Made by a program: the position numbers and the translations under genes. This document shows, in pieces, positions 1 through 9,669 of a DNA stretch of 64,000 nt (within the stretch, counting starts at the first letter, position 1; each line of letters starts with the position of its first letter). Below the pieces are notes generated by a model. That model searched no databases. It saw nothing but the letters and a program-made list of their open reading frames with translations, and was not told the origin of the DNA. Source of the DNA: Prasinococcaceae sp. CCMP 1430 (lineage: Eukaryota; Plantae; Prasinodermophyta); the NCBI GenBank assembly GCA_013416795.1, contig RQSC01000314.1:6097-70096 (forward strand). Reading direction: 5' to 3'.

Positions 1-80
1 CGTCTGGTCGCTTCAGCGCCCGCCCGGCAGCTGCACGCCCGCAGCGTCCGTCGCGCTGTAGCCTGCTTGGTAGCGTCCCC

Positions 81-1397
81 GTGCTGACGCTGCCCCCGCG
101 CGCTCGCAAGGCGGCCGCGGCCTTTGACGCCGGGGGGGGCGGCCTAGACGACGGCGGCGCCGACCGACTGCTCAATGCGATGGCCTGCGGGGCGCCGCGC
201 GGGCAGCCCGTGCGCTGTCCGCACCGGTGCCGTCGCAGCGAGATGAGCGCGCACAGACGAACCTGCGACTTCCGCCCGTTGCGCTGCCCGGACTGCAATG
301 AGACCTTCGCAGCGCGTCGTGGGGAGCAGCACGCGCGCGAATGCCCTGCCGCGATGGTATCGTGCCACAACTGCGGCGAGCGCCTCAAGCGCGCGCAACT
401 GCGTGCGCATCTGCGGGACGAGTGCGCGAGCCGGTACGTAGCGTGCCCTTTCGCAGAGATGGGCTGTCACGCACGCATGCATGCGGCAGATGTCGCCAAA
501 CACATCGAGGAGAACGCGGGCAACCATGCAGAGATGGCCGCGCGCTTTGCGGCAGGCCTTGCTTCGCGAGTGCTCGCGCTGGAGGAGAAGCTCGAAGACA
601 CCAGGGGCGAGCTGGCGGCAGAGAGGGCCGCACGAGCATCCGACGCTGAGGCGGCGCGACGACAGGTCCAAGCGGAGCGCGCTCGGGCCACTGAGGACAG
701 CGCAGCGCTCACTGCTGAGGTGCGCCGACGCGCCTTCCCCCCCTTCCGGCCAACCTGCCCGAACGCAATTCATCCCACCCACACAGGCGAGCCCCTGTGC
801 TCGCTTCCGCGCCATGCCAGTGCTGTGGTGCCTGCACGCGGCTGACTCTGCGTGCGATGTCGACGTCATCGCCGCTGCCGCGCTGCCGCGCTGCCGCACG
901 TAGGTGGACTGGTTGGCCGAGCTGGCGCGCAGCGGTGCCGAGAATGCAGCCCGCGAAGCGCGACGTCGCCAGCGCGAAGCAGACGAGCACGCGCACAAAC
1001 TGTACGCTGAGGCCGTCAGCGCCCGGCGGGCTGCGCAGGACGCCGCCAAGAACCCACTTGCGGACTTGCGGGACGTCCAGGCGGCGCTCGGTGCGTGCAC
1101 AGCGCCGCGGCGATGTGGCGCTGGGTGCACGCGCCCTGAGCGCGCTCAGGCTAACGCGCGCGTGCACCACCACGCGCGCTGGCCGGTTGCCTCCCAGGCG
1201 ACCTCAGACTGCGCGTGGACGAGCACAAGGACGAGGCGCGAGCGAGCGTGGCCGCGCTGCTCGCCAAAGCGCTGCACGAGCAGCGCTCGGAAACCGAGCT
1301 CTTGCGAGGGCGCCTCAGAGCGCTCGAGGACCGAGTGTCGGAGGACGTCGCTTTGCTCATGTACGGGGCGGGCTCCAAGCCCTCACGCGCCTATTAG
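81..1397 (+). CDS. TRAF-type zinc-finger protein with coiled-coil C-terminus (probably 5'-partial); exons ~81-719, 904-1090, 1198-1397
   Basis: Repeated C-x2-C...H-x3-C fingers (CPDCNETF..EQHARECP, CHNCGERL..LRAHLRDEC, CPFAEMGC..DVAKH). GT-AG introns 720-903 (phase 0) and 1091-1197 (phase 1) join three ORF pieces in frame. Confidence 0.7.
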
Positions 1398-1597
1398 GTG
1401 TGCGGCCGCGCCGGCGCCGCGATGGTGCGGATGATGTCCGGTACTGGACCGTGAGAATGCGGGGTAAATTCTGTGCAACGCTGCGCGTTCGCGCCGGCTG
1501 CGGCGATTCTGCACCTCGCGGCCGCGGCGCGTGCACGGCTCGCCGCAGGCGTCCCCGTGTCCGCCGCGAGCGCCGGCTCCGCGACCCCGCCCGAGCC

Positions 1598-2664
1598 CTA
1601 CGTACCCTTGGAGCCCTTCTTCCCCTTGGAGCCCTTCTTCCCCTTGGAGCTCTTCGTACCCTTTGCGCCCTTGGAGCCCTTTGTAACCTTGGCACTCTTC
1701 GTACTCTTCGTACCCGCTGCCGCATCGACGGCCGCCTGCATGAGCCACCTGTCGCTCTCAGCCTGGCGCTCGAAGGTCTCCATGAGGACCGCGGCCTCGG
1801 CTGCACCCCAATCGCGCTTCACCCAGTCCCCGCCGTCCTCTTTCGTCGAGTCTGCCATCTCAGCCTTGATGAAGACCTCTTGCTCCCTGCCGGCAAGCAG
1901 GCGCGCGCGCGCCTGCTCCCACGGCAGCACGTACGGGTTGGCCTGGGGGCGGCCCTCGCGCACGAGCGCCAGAGCGTCGTCGAGCTCCATGCCGCGCGCG
2001 TACGTCAGGTAGCCCAGCACGCAGAGATTGGCCCGATTGATACCCGCCGTGCAGTGCACATACACCGGCTTGTCGGACGCCCGCACGAGCGCGTTGAGCG
2101 CCCGCACCATGACGGGGAGCATGGCGGCCTGGTCCAGGCGGTCGAAGTCACGGACCCCCACGCGGTGCATGAGGATGCCCTCCTCCGCGCCCGCCGGGCG
2201 CACCTCGTCCTCCCAGTCGATGTCCAGCGCCTCGAGGCAAAGGTCGCTCTGCAGGCTCAGCACGGCGCCAACGCCCGCCTCGCGCGCCAGACGCGACACG
2301 TCGGCGGCCGAGCGCGGGCAGCTGCCAACGAGCACGGCCGCGTCCGCCGCGTCTGCCGCCACGACAGGGTCCCAGTTCAGCGTCCACTGCCATCGGCCGG
2401 GGGGTGGCGGATCGCCGCCGCGCGGTGGGCGCACGCCCCCCGTCAGGCCGGCCGCCGCGCTCTCCTCCTCGCGTTTCTTGAACCCCGCGGCCTCGTCCGT
2501 CTGGGCCTCCGCGACCTCGGTCTCGTCCGCATCGTCCGCCGCGTCCGCCGCGTCGGTCTCGCCCTTGGTCGCGCGCGGCGCGCGAGGGACCGCCCGCCGG
2601 CGCAGGCGCGCGCGGCAGCGCGCGCCGCGCGCGGCGGCGAGAGCGCCGCCCGCGCCAGCGCCAT
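1598..2664 (-). CDS. Dual-specificity glucan phosphatase-like protein (SEX4/LSF2 family), no CBM seen
   Basis: HCTAGINR P-loop, VRDFD acid loop, LSLQSD motif. A transit-peptide-like ATG at 2664 is out of frame with the body. Confidence 0.8.
1600..1715 (-). repeat. Degenerate 9/18-bp coding tandem repeat encoding a (SKG/KKG)n tail
   Basis: cccttggagcccttctt units on the + strand translate to KGSKGAKGTKSSKGKKGSKGKKGSKGT. Confidence 0.85.
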
Positions 2665-2979
2665 CAGAGCTCGACCCACCCAACCTCTCTGCCCGCTCAA
2701 CCGCTCCTCCCTCCCCCTACCACAGGCACTCGCGCCTTGCGTGCGCAGTGTGGCGCGGGCCGGGGGCGCAACTTGCGCGTGTGCGCTGCGCGCGGCGGCT
2801 GGGATATTTTTCGCCTGTGGACCCTATCATATAAACCCTAACTGTACAACCCAAATTACAGAATGCCGGGCACAGTCCGTGCGCGGTACTAAGAAGCTTC
2901 TTCCTGTGCACCTACAGCTACGCGCGGTGCGTCGGTGCGAGCGAACGTGCGCGTTGCTTACTGCGGCACCCGACAACGC

Positions 2980-5900
2980 TCACGGTCGGGAGGTGTCGCT
3001 GTGCATCGAGTCGTACTTGCGCAGGGCGCGCGACTTGACGCCCGATAGGAGCTTGCTCATGTCCTTGTGTGAGCCGCTGCCAACCCCGGCGCCGAACAAT
3101 TCGAGCGGATCCCTGCTGATCTCCACCTCGGACCCGGCCGCCTCGCCGAAGCTGTTGCCGCCGGCGCTCCCCTTGCTTAGGGTGCTCGAGTACGTGGGCA
3201 CGACGTGGCGCACCTTGGCGGCCACCCAGCCCTTGGGCCGCCCGAAGTCAGCGGCGGGGGCTTCCGCGAGCTGCACCTGCACGAGCATCTTATCGCCGGT
3301 GACGCCCTTCAGCACGCACGCGCCGATGTTGCGAAGGCGCAGCGCGGGCAGTGCGACGCTGCCGTCGCTCGCAGCAATCGCCGCGCAAGTGCACTCGCCT
3401 GTGGCGTCCCACTTGAGCGTAACGGGCAGCACTGACTCGTCGGTGAACGTCATCTCGGCGACTGCCTGCCCCGGTTGGGCTTGCCCCATGGTGCGCGCCG
3501 CCAAGTTGGCAGTGGCGCCAAAGTAGTCCGCGCGGCCGGTGGCTAGGGGTTTCCGGAAGACGTCAGCGCCGTGCGCCATGCCAATCTGCACGCTGACGAG
3601 CGCGCCCATGCCATTGGGGTCGTCGCGCGTGGCGAGGAGATGCTCCGAAAGGCTCGCGCCGAACGCCAGGGCGGCGTGCATGCTCTGAAAGGCGACGGTA
3701 AACTTGCCCATTTCGGGCATCTTGCACTCATAGCCGCCGAAATGAGCCAGCGCTTCGCGACAAACCGCCTCCCAGTGATGCATGGCCGCCAGGCCCTCGG
3801 TGGAGCCCGCGGCGGCGCTCTTGGTGTTCTGCGTGCTGTGCGAGATGGATGCCCCGGCGAGCTGCGCCCTGCAAAAGACGATAGTGACGCCCGTTTCAGG
3901 AACCGGCGACTGGTAATAGCTGGGGGACACCATCGTCGTCAGCCGCGGCGGGGGAAACTTGCGACCGGCCGCTGCGGCAGGTGACACCTCAATGAGCGCC
4001 ACGGCCCTCGGGAGCTCGCTATCCTCGCGAGGATGATTGTTCATGACTAGCCTACCGCCCTCATCAATGTGCACGCTCAGGCTGGCACCGCGCACCCCCG
4101 GACCCGCCAGGCTGTGCACGACAGCTGGGGCCGAGGACTCGAGCAGATGGTCACCGAGGGAAACCACCATCGTACGCGGTGCAAGACCGTAGCGCTGGGC
4201 CTGTTTCCACGCAGCCTCGCTGACGACGGTCTGGCCGCCCCATGCGCAGCGCGCAAGCGCGATCGCAGCGCGCACGCCGCTGCCGCTAATTATGCGGCGC
4301 GTAGCCGCGCTCGACGCCTGCGCCGAGTCGGCAAATGAGGGCACTGTGAAGGAGTCACCGCCGCTCGTGCCCGAGCCGAAGGTGGCACCACCCAACACGC
4401 GGCCAGAGGCAGTGCGGGCGTAGCCTGCGGGCTGCGGGAGGCCGGTGCTGTCGCCGGCGGTGCTGTCGCCATCACGGCCACCGTTGCCAACAGAAATGCG
4501 CACTTCATGCGTCCCAACGTCACTCAGCCCTGCGCCTTCGTCGCTGACCTCGGTCAGGGACGAGGGGTAGCCTCGCCCTCCGTGCGAGCCCTTGCCTGGC
4601 TTGCGCTCGAGTATCTTGAGACTCATGTCGGGCGCGGCGTGCACTGCAAGTGCAAAGCGTGGCCCCGGCTGCGAGAGCGCGCTGCGCGCCTCCCCAAACG
4701 AAGTCACGCCCAGGAAGTAGGGCCACGCGGCGAATGTGAGCGCGAGCTGCAAGGCGCTGGCACACGCCACCGCCGCCGCAGGACAAGCAAAGCCCACGAG
4801 CACGACGCCACGCAGCGCAAGGCCGCCATCGTCGCTCACATATCCTCCGAACTGCTGCGCAACAGAACACAGAATTTCGTGCGCCAACACGGCGAGCCCC
4901 TCAGGCACGTGGTCGGGGGACTCGCCGAGGGGCGAGTCCGCGCACAACCGCAGCGCGCACACGGCGCGCACTGGGTACGAGCGCATCGCGCCGTCGCCGT
5001 TCATCGCGTCACTGGTATCGTCGGTGCCCTCCTTGTCGCGCGCGTCCGCGTCGAGCGTGGCCGCGCTGCGATAGTTGGCGTGTAGCACCAGCAAGTTCAG
5101 CGTGGGCGGCTCGGTCGACACGCGCCGCACGTTGGGGAAGCGCGGGGCGAAGGTGCGCCACGGAATGGGGCTTCCCCAGTACGGATGTGCCGTGTACAAG
5201 CATGTCGCGCCGGGCGTAGTGTCCACCTTACTTGAAGTGTCCGGGGGCTTGTCCGCGCCAGTCTGTAGAACGCGGCCCTCAAAGGCCCCAACGCACTCAA
5301 TGGTGGGGTTGCCTGCGACATGCATGGCGCCTGCGAGCGCTTTTGCGGTAGCGTGCGTGAGCAACACCTGGCCGCCGTGAGCCATATCGCCTACGGCGCG
5401 CGCGAGCTCGAAGCCAGGACCCTTGAACACCAGATGACGGCTCATGTCATGGAGCTTGGCCTCGTACTCGTCGGCCTCGGCGAGGTGTACGCCCATGCGC
5501 ACGCGAGGACCAGAGAACATGAGCGCTCCGTCTGGCGAGCGAACTTGCTCGCACGAGGGCAGTTGCAGCACCCTGTCTGGCCAGCGAGCCAGCAGGAGCT
5601 TCTCCTGCACATCGACGCAAAAGCGGACTGCAACTGCCGCTGAAGGGAACGCAATCTCAAAGCTGTCTCCCTGCGTGGCCATTTCTGTGCCGCCCAGCTC
5701 GTCGAGGGCTGCGCGCACGATGCGATCGTGCGTGTCCTGCACCATGCGGTACGCGGCAGCGTCCTCAACACTCATCGCTGTCGAGCCCTCCAGGTCCGTC
5801 ACCACGAAAGCCACCGGGTCACCCTGGCGTGGCACGTAGCGTGCCGACGTCAGTGCGCTGTATCCGTCGTCTGACACCTGCGACACCTGTAGCGCGTGCT

Positions 5901-7602
5901 GGCGCGGGCCGGCAGCGTGCGCGTCGGCTTCCTTCCGATCACCCAAAACAGGAAGCACGCCGGCCACGCCTCGCAGTACCTGTCGCATCGCGGCCGCCTG
6001 TGCGAGTTGGCGGTCGCGCCACGCCATCAAGCTCTCGTACTGTCGCCGCAGTCGCAAACGCTGGAGCAAAATGTACGCGATTGCCAGGATGAGCAGGACC
6101 CCGGCCACGACGGCCGTCACCCAGATGGTGATACCGTCGTCGCCCGAAGCTGGCGTCACCACGCGCACGCCCACCGTGCTCAGCTTGTAGCCCGTGCCCA
6201 TGGCAGCGTTGTGCGCGCTCACGTTCGCGTGCATCTCAACGCCATCCTCCAACGCAAGATTCTCGAAGAGTACCGAAGTCTCGTTCGCTGAGACGCTCAC
6301 CGTTTCGCCCACTTGCGCGCCGCCCACCTTCACAAGTTTAACCTCGTACGACTCAATCCACGACTCATCTTCGACGAAGGGCTGCCAGCACGCGCGCAGC
6401 GCACCGTCCGTGCCATGCGTGCTCGAGCCAGACGAGGGCGCCACCGTGGTGATCGCTGACAGCGGATTGAGAGGGTCGCACTCCTCACCCGCAGTCAGTA
6501 CGATGCCGCGCGCCGCCGGCGGCGTGGAATCCACAAGCACCGTCGCGCTGCTGACGTTGGATGAGAGTGGCGGGCCGCCTTTGTTGGTTCCCACCACCGT
6601 CACGTAGTACCGCTGTCCATTGCGCAACGCCAGGCCGCTCGCCTCGAATCGCTGCTCGAAGTCCTCGACCGGCTCACTCGCGTTTATTGCGACTGGCTCA
6701 AGCGCGCGGGCGTCGGCCATGCCCGGTGAGTTGCCCAGGCCCCATTCGTACGAGCGCATGCCGCTCTGCGCGTCCGTGAACGCGCTGAAGGTGAACTTGA
6801 ATGTGTCGAGGGAGCCCACAACCGCGGGTGCCGAGACGCCGCACGCAGGCGGATCGCACGTGGGCGGTGTGCCGTCGCAGTAGCCGCTCACTCGTCCGCT
6901 GTCTTCGTCCGAGTAGATCAGGTACGTGCCAACCACGTGCGCCTCGTTGAGCCACTTGCCCCACAGGCATCTGGGCACCTCCCCGCAAAGATAGGGATTG
7001 TTAGATGGCTGGATGACGTTGAGGATCGAGCTGGGCCGCTCGACCAGGTCGCACCACGCGTCGGGGATGGCGCCCTCGAGCGAGTTGACGTCAAAGTAGA
7101 GGTCCTTCATGCCGTCAATGGCGGCGATCTCGGGCGGCAGAGTGCCGGTGAGCAGGTTGTCGCGCAACAACAGGCGCTGCATTTTGCGAAGCCGTCCGAG
7201 CTCAGGCGGGATTCCCCCGCTGAACTTGTTGACGTGGAGGTAGTATTGGCGCGCCTCGGTCAAGTTGCCCAGGTAGGGCGTGAGCACGCCCGTGAGCCGC
7301 TTGTTGGAGGGCTTGCGCGGGCCGAAGTCAATTCTGTACACGTGGTTGAACCCATCGCCGTGGGCGTCTTCTGGTGCAGGGCAAGGGTACGGCTCGGGCG
7401 GCGGCGGGTAGAGCGCGAAGCAGTCGCAGTCGATGGCCTCCCACTGGCATGGGTCGACGGCGTCGTCCCATGTGGACAGCAGGCCCGCGTCATTCGTGAC
7501 CGCAGCCCTGAACTGGCGCAGCGCCTCGGCCTCATCCGGGTGCAGCGGGAGGCTGACGTCCCACGTGCCCTGGGACTCGGGGGCGCCCTCGTCCGCAGAC
7601 AT
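2980..7602 (-). CDS. LRR/FnIII single-pass receptor with three class III adenylyl/guanylyl cyclase homology domains
   Basis: LRRNT (LSTWDDAVDPCQW), plant-type LRRs (NKFSGGIPPELGRL, NLLTGTLPPEI), NPYLCG cap, FnIII-like repeats (FTDAQSGMRSYEWGLG, DSTPP, WQPFVEDESWIESYEV), TM ITIWVTAVVAGVLLILAIAYILL, cyclase motifs VVTDLEGST, GDSFEIAF, RVRMGVH, DYFGATANLAAR. Confidence 0.85.
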   Translation of the reverse strand: MSADEGAPESQGTWDVSLPLHPDEAEALRQFRAAVTNDAGLLSTWDDAVDPCQWEAIDCDCFALYPPPPEPYPCPAPEDAHGDGFNHVYRIDFGPRKPSNKRLTGVLTPYLGNLTEARQYYLHVNKFSGGIPPELGRLRKMQRLLLRDNLLTGTLPPEIAAIDGMKDLYFDVNSLEGAIPDAWCDLVERPSSILNVIQPSNNPYLCGEVPRCLWGKWLNEAHVVGTYLIYSDEDSGRVSGYCDGTPPTCDPPACGVSAPAVVGSLDTFKFTFSAFTDAQSGMRSYEWGLGNSPGMADARALEPVAINASEPVEDFEQRFEASGLALRNGQRYYVTVVGTNKGGPPLSSNVSSATVLVDSTPPAARGIVLTAGEECDPLNPLSAITTVAPSSGSSTHGTDGALRACWQPFVEDESWIESYEVKLVKVGGAQVGETVSVSANETSVLFENLALEDGVEMHANVSAHNAAMGTGYKLSTVGVRVVTPASGDDGITIWVTAVVAGVLLILAIAYILLQRLRLRRQYESLMAWRDRQLAQAAAMRQVLRGVAGVLPVLGDRKEADAHAAGPRQHALQVSQVSDDGYSALTSARYVPRQGDPVAFVVTDLEGSTAMSVEDAAAYRMVQDTHDRIVRAALDELGGTEMATQGDSFEIAFPSAAVAVRFCVDVQEKLLLARWPDRVLQLPSCEQVRSPDGALMFSGPRVRMGVHLAEADEYEAKLHDMSRHLVFKGPGFELARAVGDMAHGGQVLLTHATAKALAGAMHVAGNPTIECVGAFEGRVLQTGADKPPDTSSKVDTTPGATCLYTAHPYWGSPIPWRTFAPRFPNVRRVSTEPPTLNLLVLHANYRSAATLDADARDKEGTDDTSDAMNGDGAMRSYPVRAVCALRLCADSPLGESPDHVPEGLAVLAHEILCSVAQQFGGYVSDDGGLALRGVVLVGFACPAAAVACASALQLALTFAAWPYFLGVTSFGEARSALSQPGPRFALAVHAAPDMSLKILERKPGKGSHGGRGYPSSLTEVSDEGAGLSDVGTHEVRISVGNGGRDGDSTAGDSTGLPQPAGYARTASGRVLGGATFGSGTSGGDSFTVPSFADSAQASSAATRRIISGSGVRAAIALARCAWGGQTVVSEAAWKQAQRYGLAPRTMVVSLGDHLLESSAPAVVHSLAGPGVRGASLSVHIDEGGRLVMNNHPREDSELPRAVALIEVSPAAAAGRKFPPPRLTTMVSPSYYQSPVPETGVTIVFCRAQLAGASISHSTQNTKSAAAGSTEGLAAMHHWEAVCREALAHFGGYECKMPEMGKFTVAFQSMHAALAFGASLSEHLLATRDDPNGMGALVSVQIGMAHGADVFRKPLATGRADYFGATANLAARTMGQAQPGQAVAEMTFTDESVLPVTLKWDATGECTCAAIAASDGSVALPALRLRNIGACVLKGVTGDKMLVQVQLAEAPAADFGRPKGWVAAKVRHVVPTYSSTLSKGSAGGNSFGEAAGSEVEISRDPLELFGAGVGSGSHKDMSKLLSGVKSRALRKYDSMHSDTSRP

Positions 7603-7674
7603 GGTCGCGCGCGCACGCGCGCGCGGGCCCCCCGGCGCGCGCGAGCGCCGGGGCGCGCGCTGCGCACCCCGTGT

Positions 7675-7675
7675 G

Positions 7676-7705
<30 letters not shown>
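7675..7705. repeat. (CA)n microsatellite, probably within a 5' intron of the receptor cyclase
   Basis: Direct reading. Flanked on the minus strand by GTAAGG and TGCGCAG. Confidence 0.85.
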
Positions 7706-7708
<3 letters not shown>

Positions 7709-8063
7709 CGCCTTACGTTCACGCCCGCCCCGCGCCGATTTTGCGCGCGCGGTCGCTGCGGCGGCTGCGGCCTTTTACCCGCTGGCCGTCTGCAGATATG
7801 CTTGCCGACTGCTGAGAGCAGCGGCGGCGGCATCGCCCGCGGGCGCGTGCCGCGATATGATCCGCGCGGCGCCCGCGCGCAGCACTTGCAGCGCCCGCCA
7901 GCTCAGATGTCAGTCGTACCGTACTCGTACGCGCTCGCGCCCCACCCCCACCCCCCACGCGCGGGGCGGCGGCCCCACCAACCAAGGGCATCGCCCACCA
8001 GCCAGCCAGGGCTGCACAGGCCCGGCCCGCCGAGGGGCACGCACATCCCACCGGCCGGCCCCC

Positions 8064-8096
8064 GCGCGCGCGCGCGCGCGCGCGCGCGCGCGCGCG
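8064..8096. repeat. (CG)n microsatellite (Z-DNA-prone)
   Basis: About 16 CG units read directly. Confidence 0.85.
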
Positions 8097-8491
8097 GCCA
8101 CCACCACGCCGCGCCGTTCGGGGAACGGCCAGAGGTCAAAAAGCATTGCGTCGTCCGGGCGCGGCCTCGCATATGTAAAACCCTAACCTGTCACACGGGG
8201 TGTTTAGGTGTGCTGTACGATAGGGTTTACACATAGCTTCTTTTAGTGACCAAGCTTTTTTTGTGGGGCGCGGTTTTCTCGCATTTTCAGGGGAAGTTGG
8301 ATGCCGGTGGGAAGAGGTTGGGGGGGAGTGCCTGGGCCGGCGCCCTCGCGGCCCTCAGCCTGCCCCAACCCGCACCCTTCCACCGGCGGGCGCGGGTGTG
8401 CGGCAGCTACGACGCCCCGCTCAGCGCCCGATCGCCCCCACTCGCGCTCAAGGAGGGGCGCGCGGGCGCGCGCGCGCGCGCGGCGGCTTTC

Positions 8492-9210
8492 TCAATCCTC
8501 CTTGAGCAGGCTGGACCACTTGGCGTCGCCGACGGGCGCCAGCAGCAGCTGGAGCTCGGTGCCCTTCTCGGCGATGCACCAGCTGCACTCGTCGCTGTAC
8601 ACGCGGCCAGCCAGGGCGGCCTTGTCGAAGACGGTGTCACCGAACACCGTGACAGAGATCGAGCCAGGTGCGAACGACACCTTCAGGTCGGCCTTCTTCG
8701 CCGGCTTGCTCAGCTCGATGCGCACTGTGATCTCGTCGTCGCTCTGCTCCCACTTCCACGACGTCTTGCCGTCGCCGCCATCCTTCTCGACGCCAGCATT
8801 GAGGTCGGGCATGCCACCACCACCACCCATCATGCCAGGCATGCCACCCGCGCCGCCCGCGCCGCCGCCCATTTGCGCCATCATCTCCTGCAGCTTGGCC
8901 ATGTCGAAGTTCCCGTCCCCCCCGAAGCCGCCGTCTTCGGCGCCGCCGCCGATAAAGCCACCGTCGCCCGCGAGGTCTGCGAGGCCCTCGATTCCCTCGC
9001 TAGCAGGCGCAGCATCTGTGCGCACGCCGCGCCGATCGGCGGGCGGTCGGAGGACGGCGGCGAGGTCAGCGGTATGCACGCATGCACACGCCGCACCGTG
9101 CAAGGCGGGGCGCAGGTGACCCCCGATCGCGCGTCGGCGAGCGAGCGGCGGCACGCACCCTCCTCCTCCTCCTCGTCCGTCACGTCGATGATCTTCGGCT
9201 CCTCCGTCAT
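8492..9210 (-). CDS. CS (p23/NudC-like) domain co-chaperone; exons 9210-9158 and 9015-8492
   Basis: WKWEQSDDEITVRIEL...DLKVSF...ECSWCI CS-domain motif, Gly/Met-rich linker, phase-1 GT-AG intron. Confidence 0.8.
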
Positions 9211-9669
9211 GGCTGCGGCGGCGGCGCTCCGCGGCGGCGCGCGCGGTGTGGCGCGCGCGCGCGCGCCGGGGCGCTCGAGAGCGAGCCATCAAAACGCACC
9301 CGCGCAGACAAGATCGAGCAGATCTATAAACCCTTTTCCCGACAAACAAGCTGCGCTGATATCGAGGTCAGTTCAGTACTGTAGACCAAACCTGAAATGC
9401 TGCGGGAGGCGCACCAGTTGGAGCAGCAGCAGCGCCGAGCGCGAGCGCGGTGGCATGCGAGGGGAGGGGGAGGGGGGAGCAGTCAGGGCCTTAGCGCCCC
9501 CGTGAGTCGCCATTCCGCTCGCTATGGGGGGGAGTGGGGGGGTGTGGGGGGGGGCGGGGGGGGTCTCAGTGCTCTGGGACTGAAGGCCGCGGGGTCCAAG
9601 GCGCCCGCGGCCCCGTCAACCTGCGCCGCCAGCCCGCTCGCTGAGCCTCGCTGAGCCTCGCCCGCGATC

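Noticed and set aside
797-3526. 909-aa + strand ORF, and many similar long antisense ORFs (e.g. 19799-21646, 57903-60116, 12982-15063)
   Set aside because: Shadow frames of real genes. Stops are rare at this GC content, and no motifs are present.
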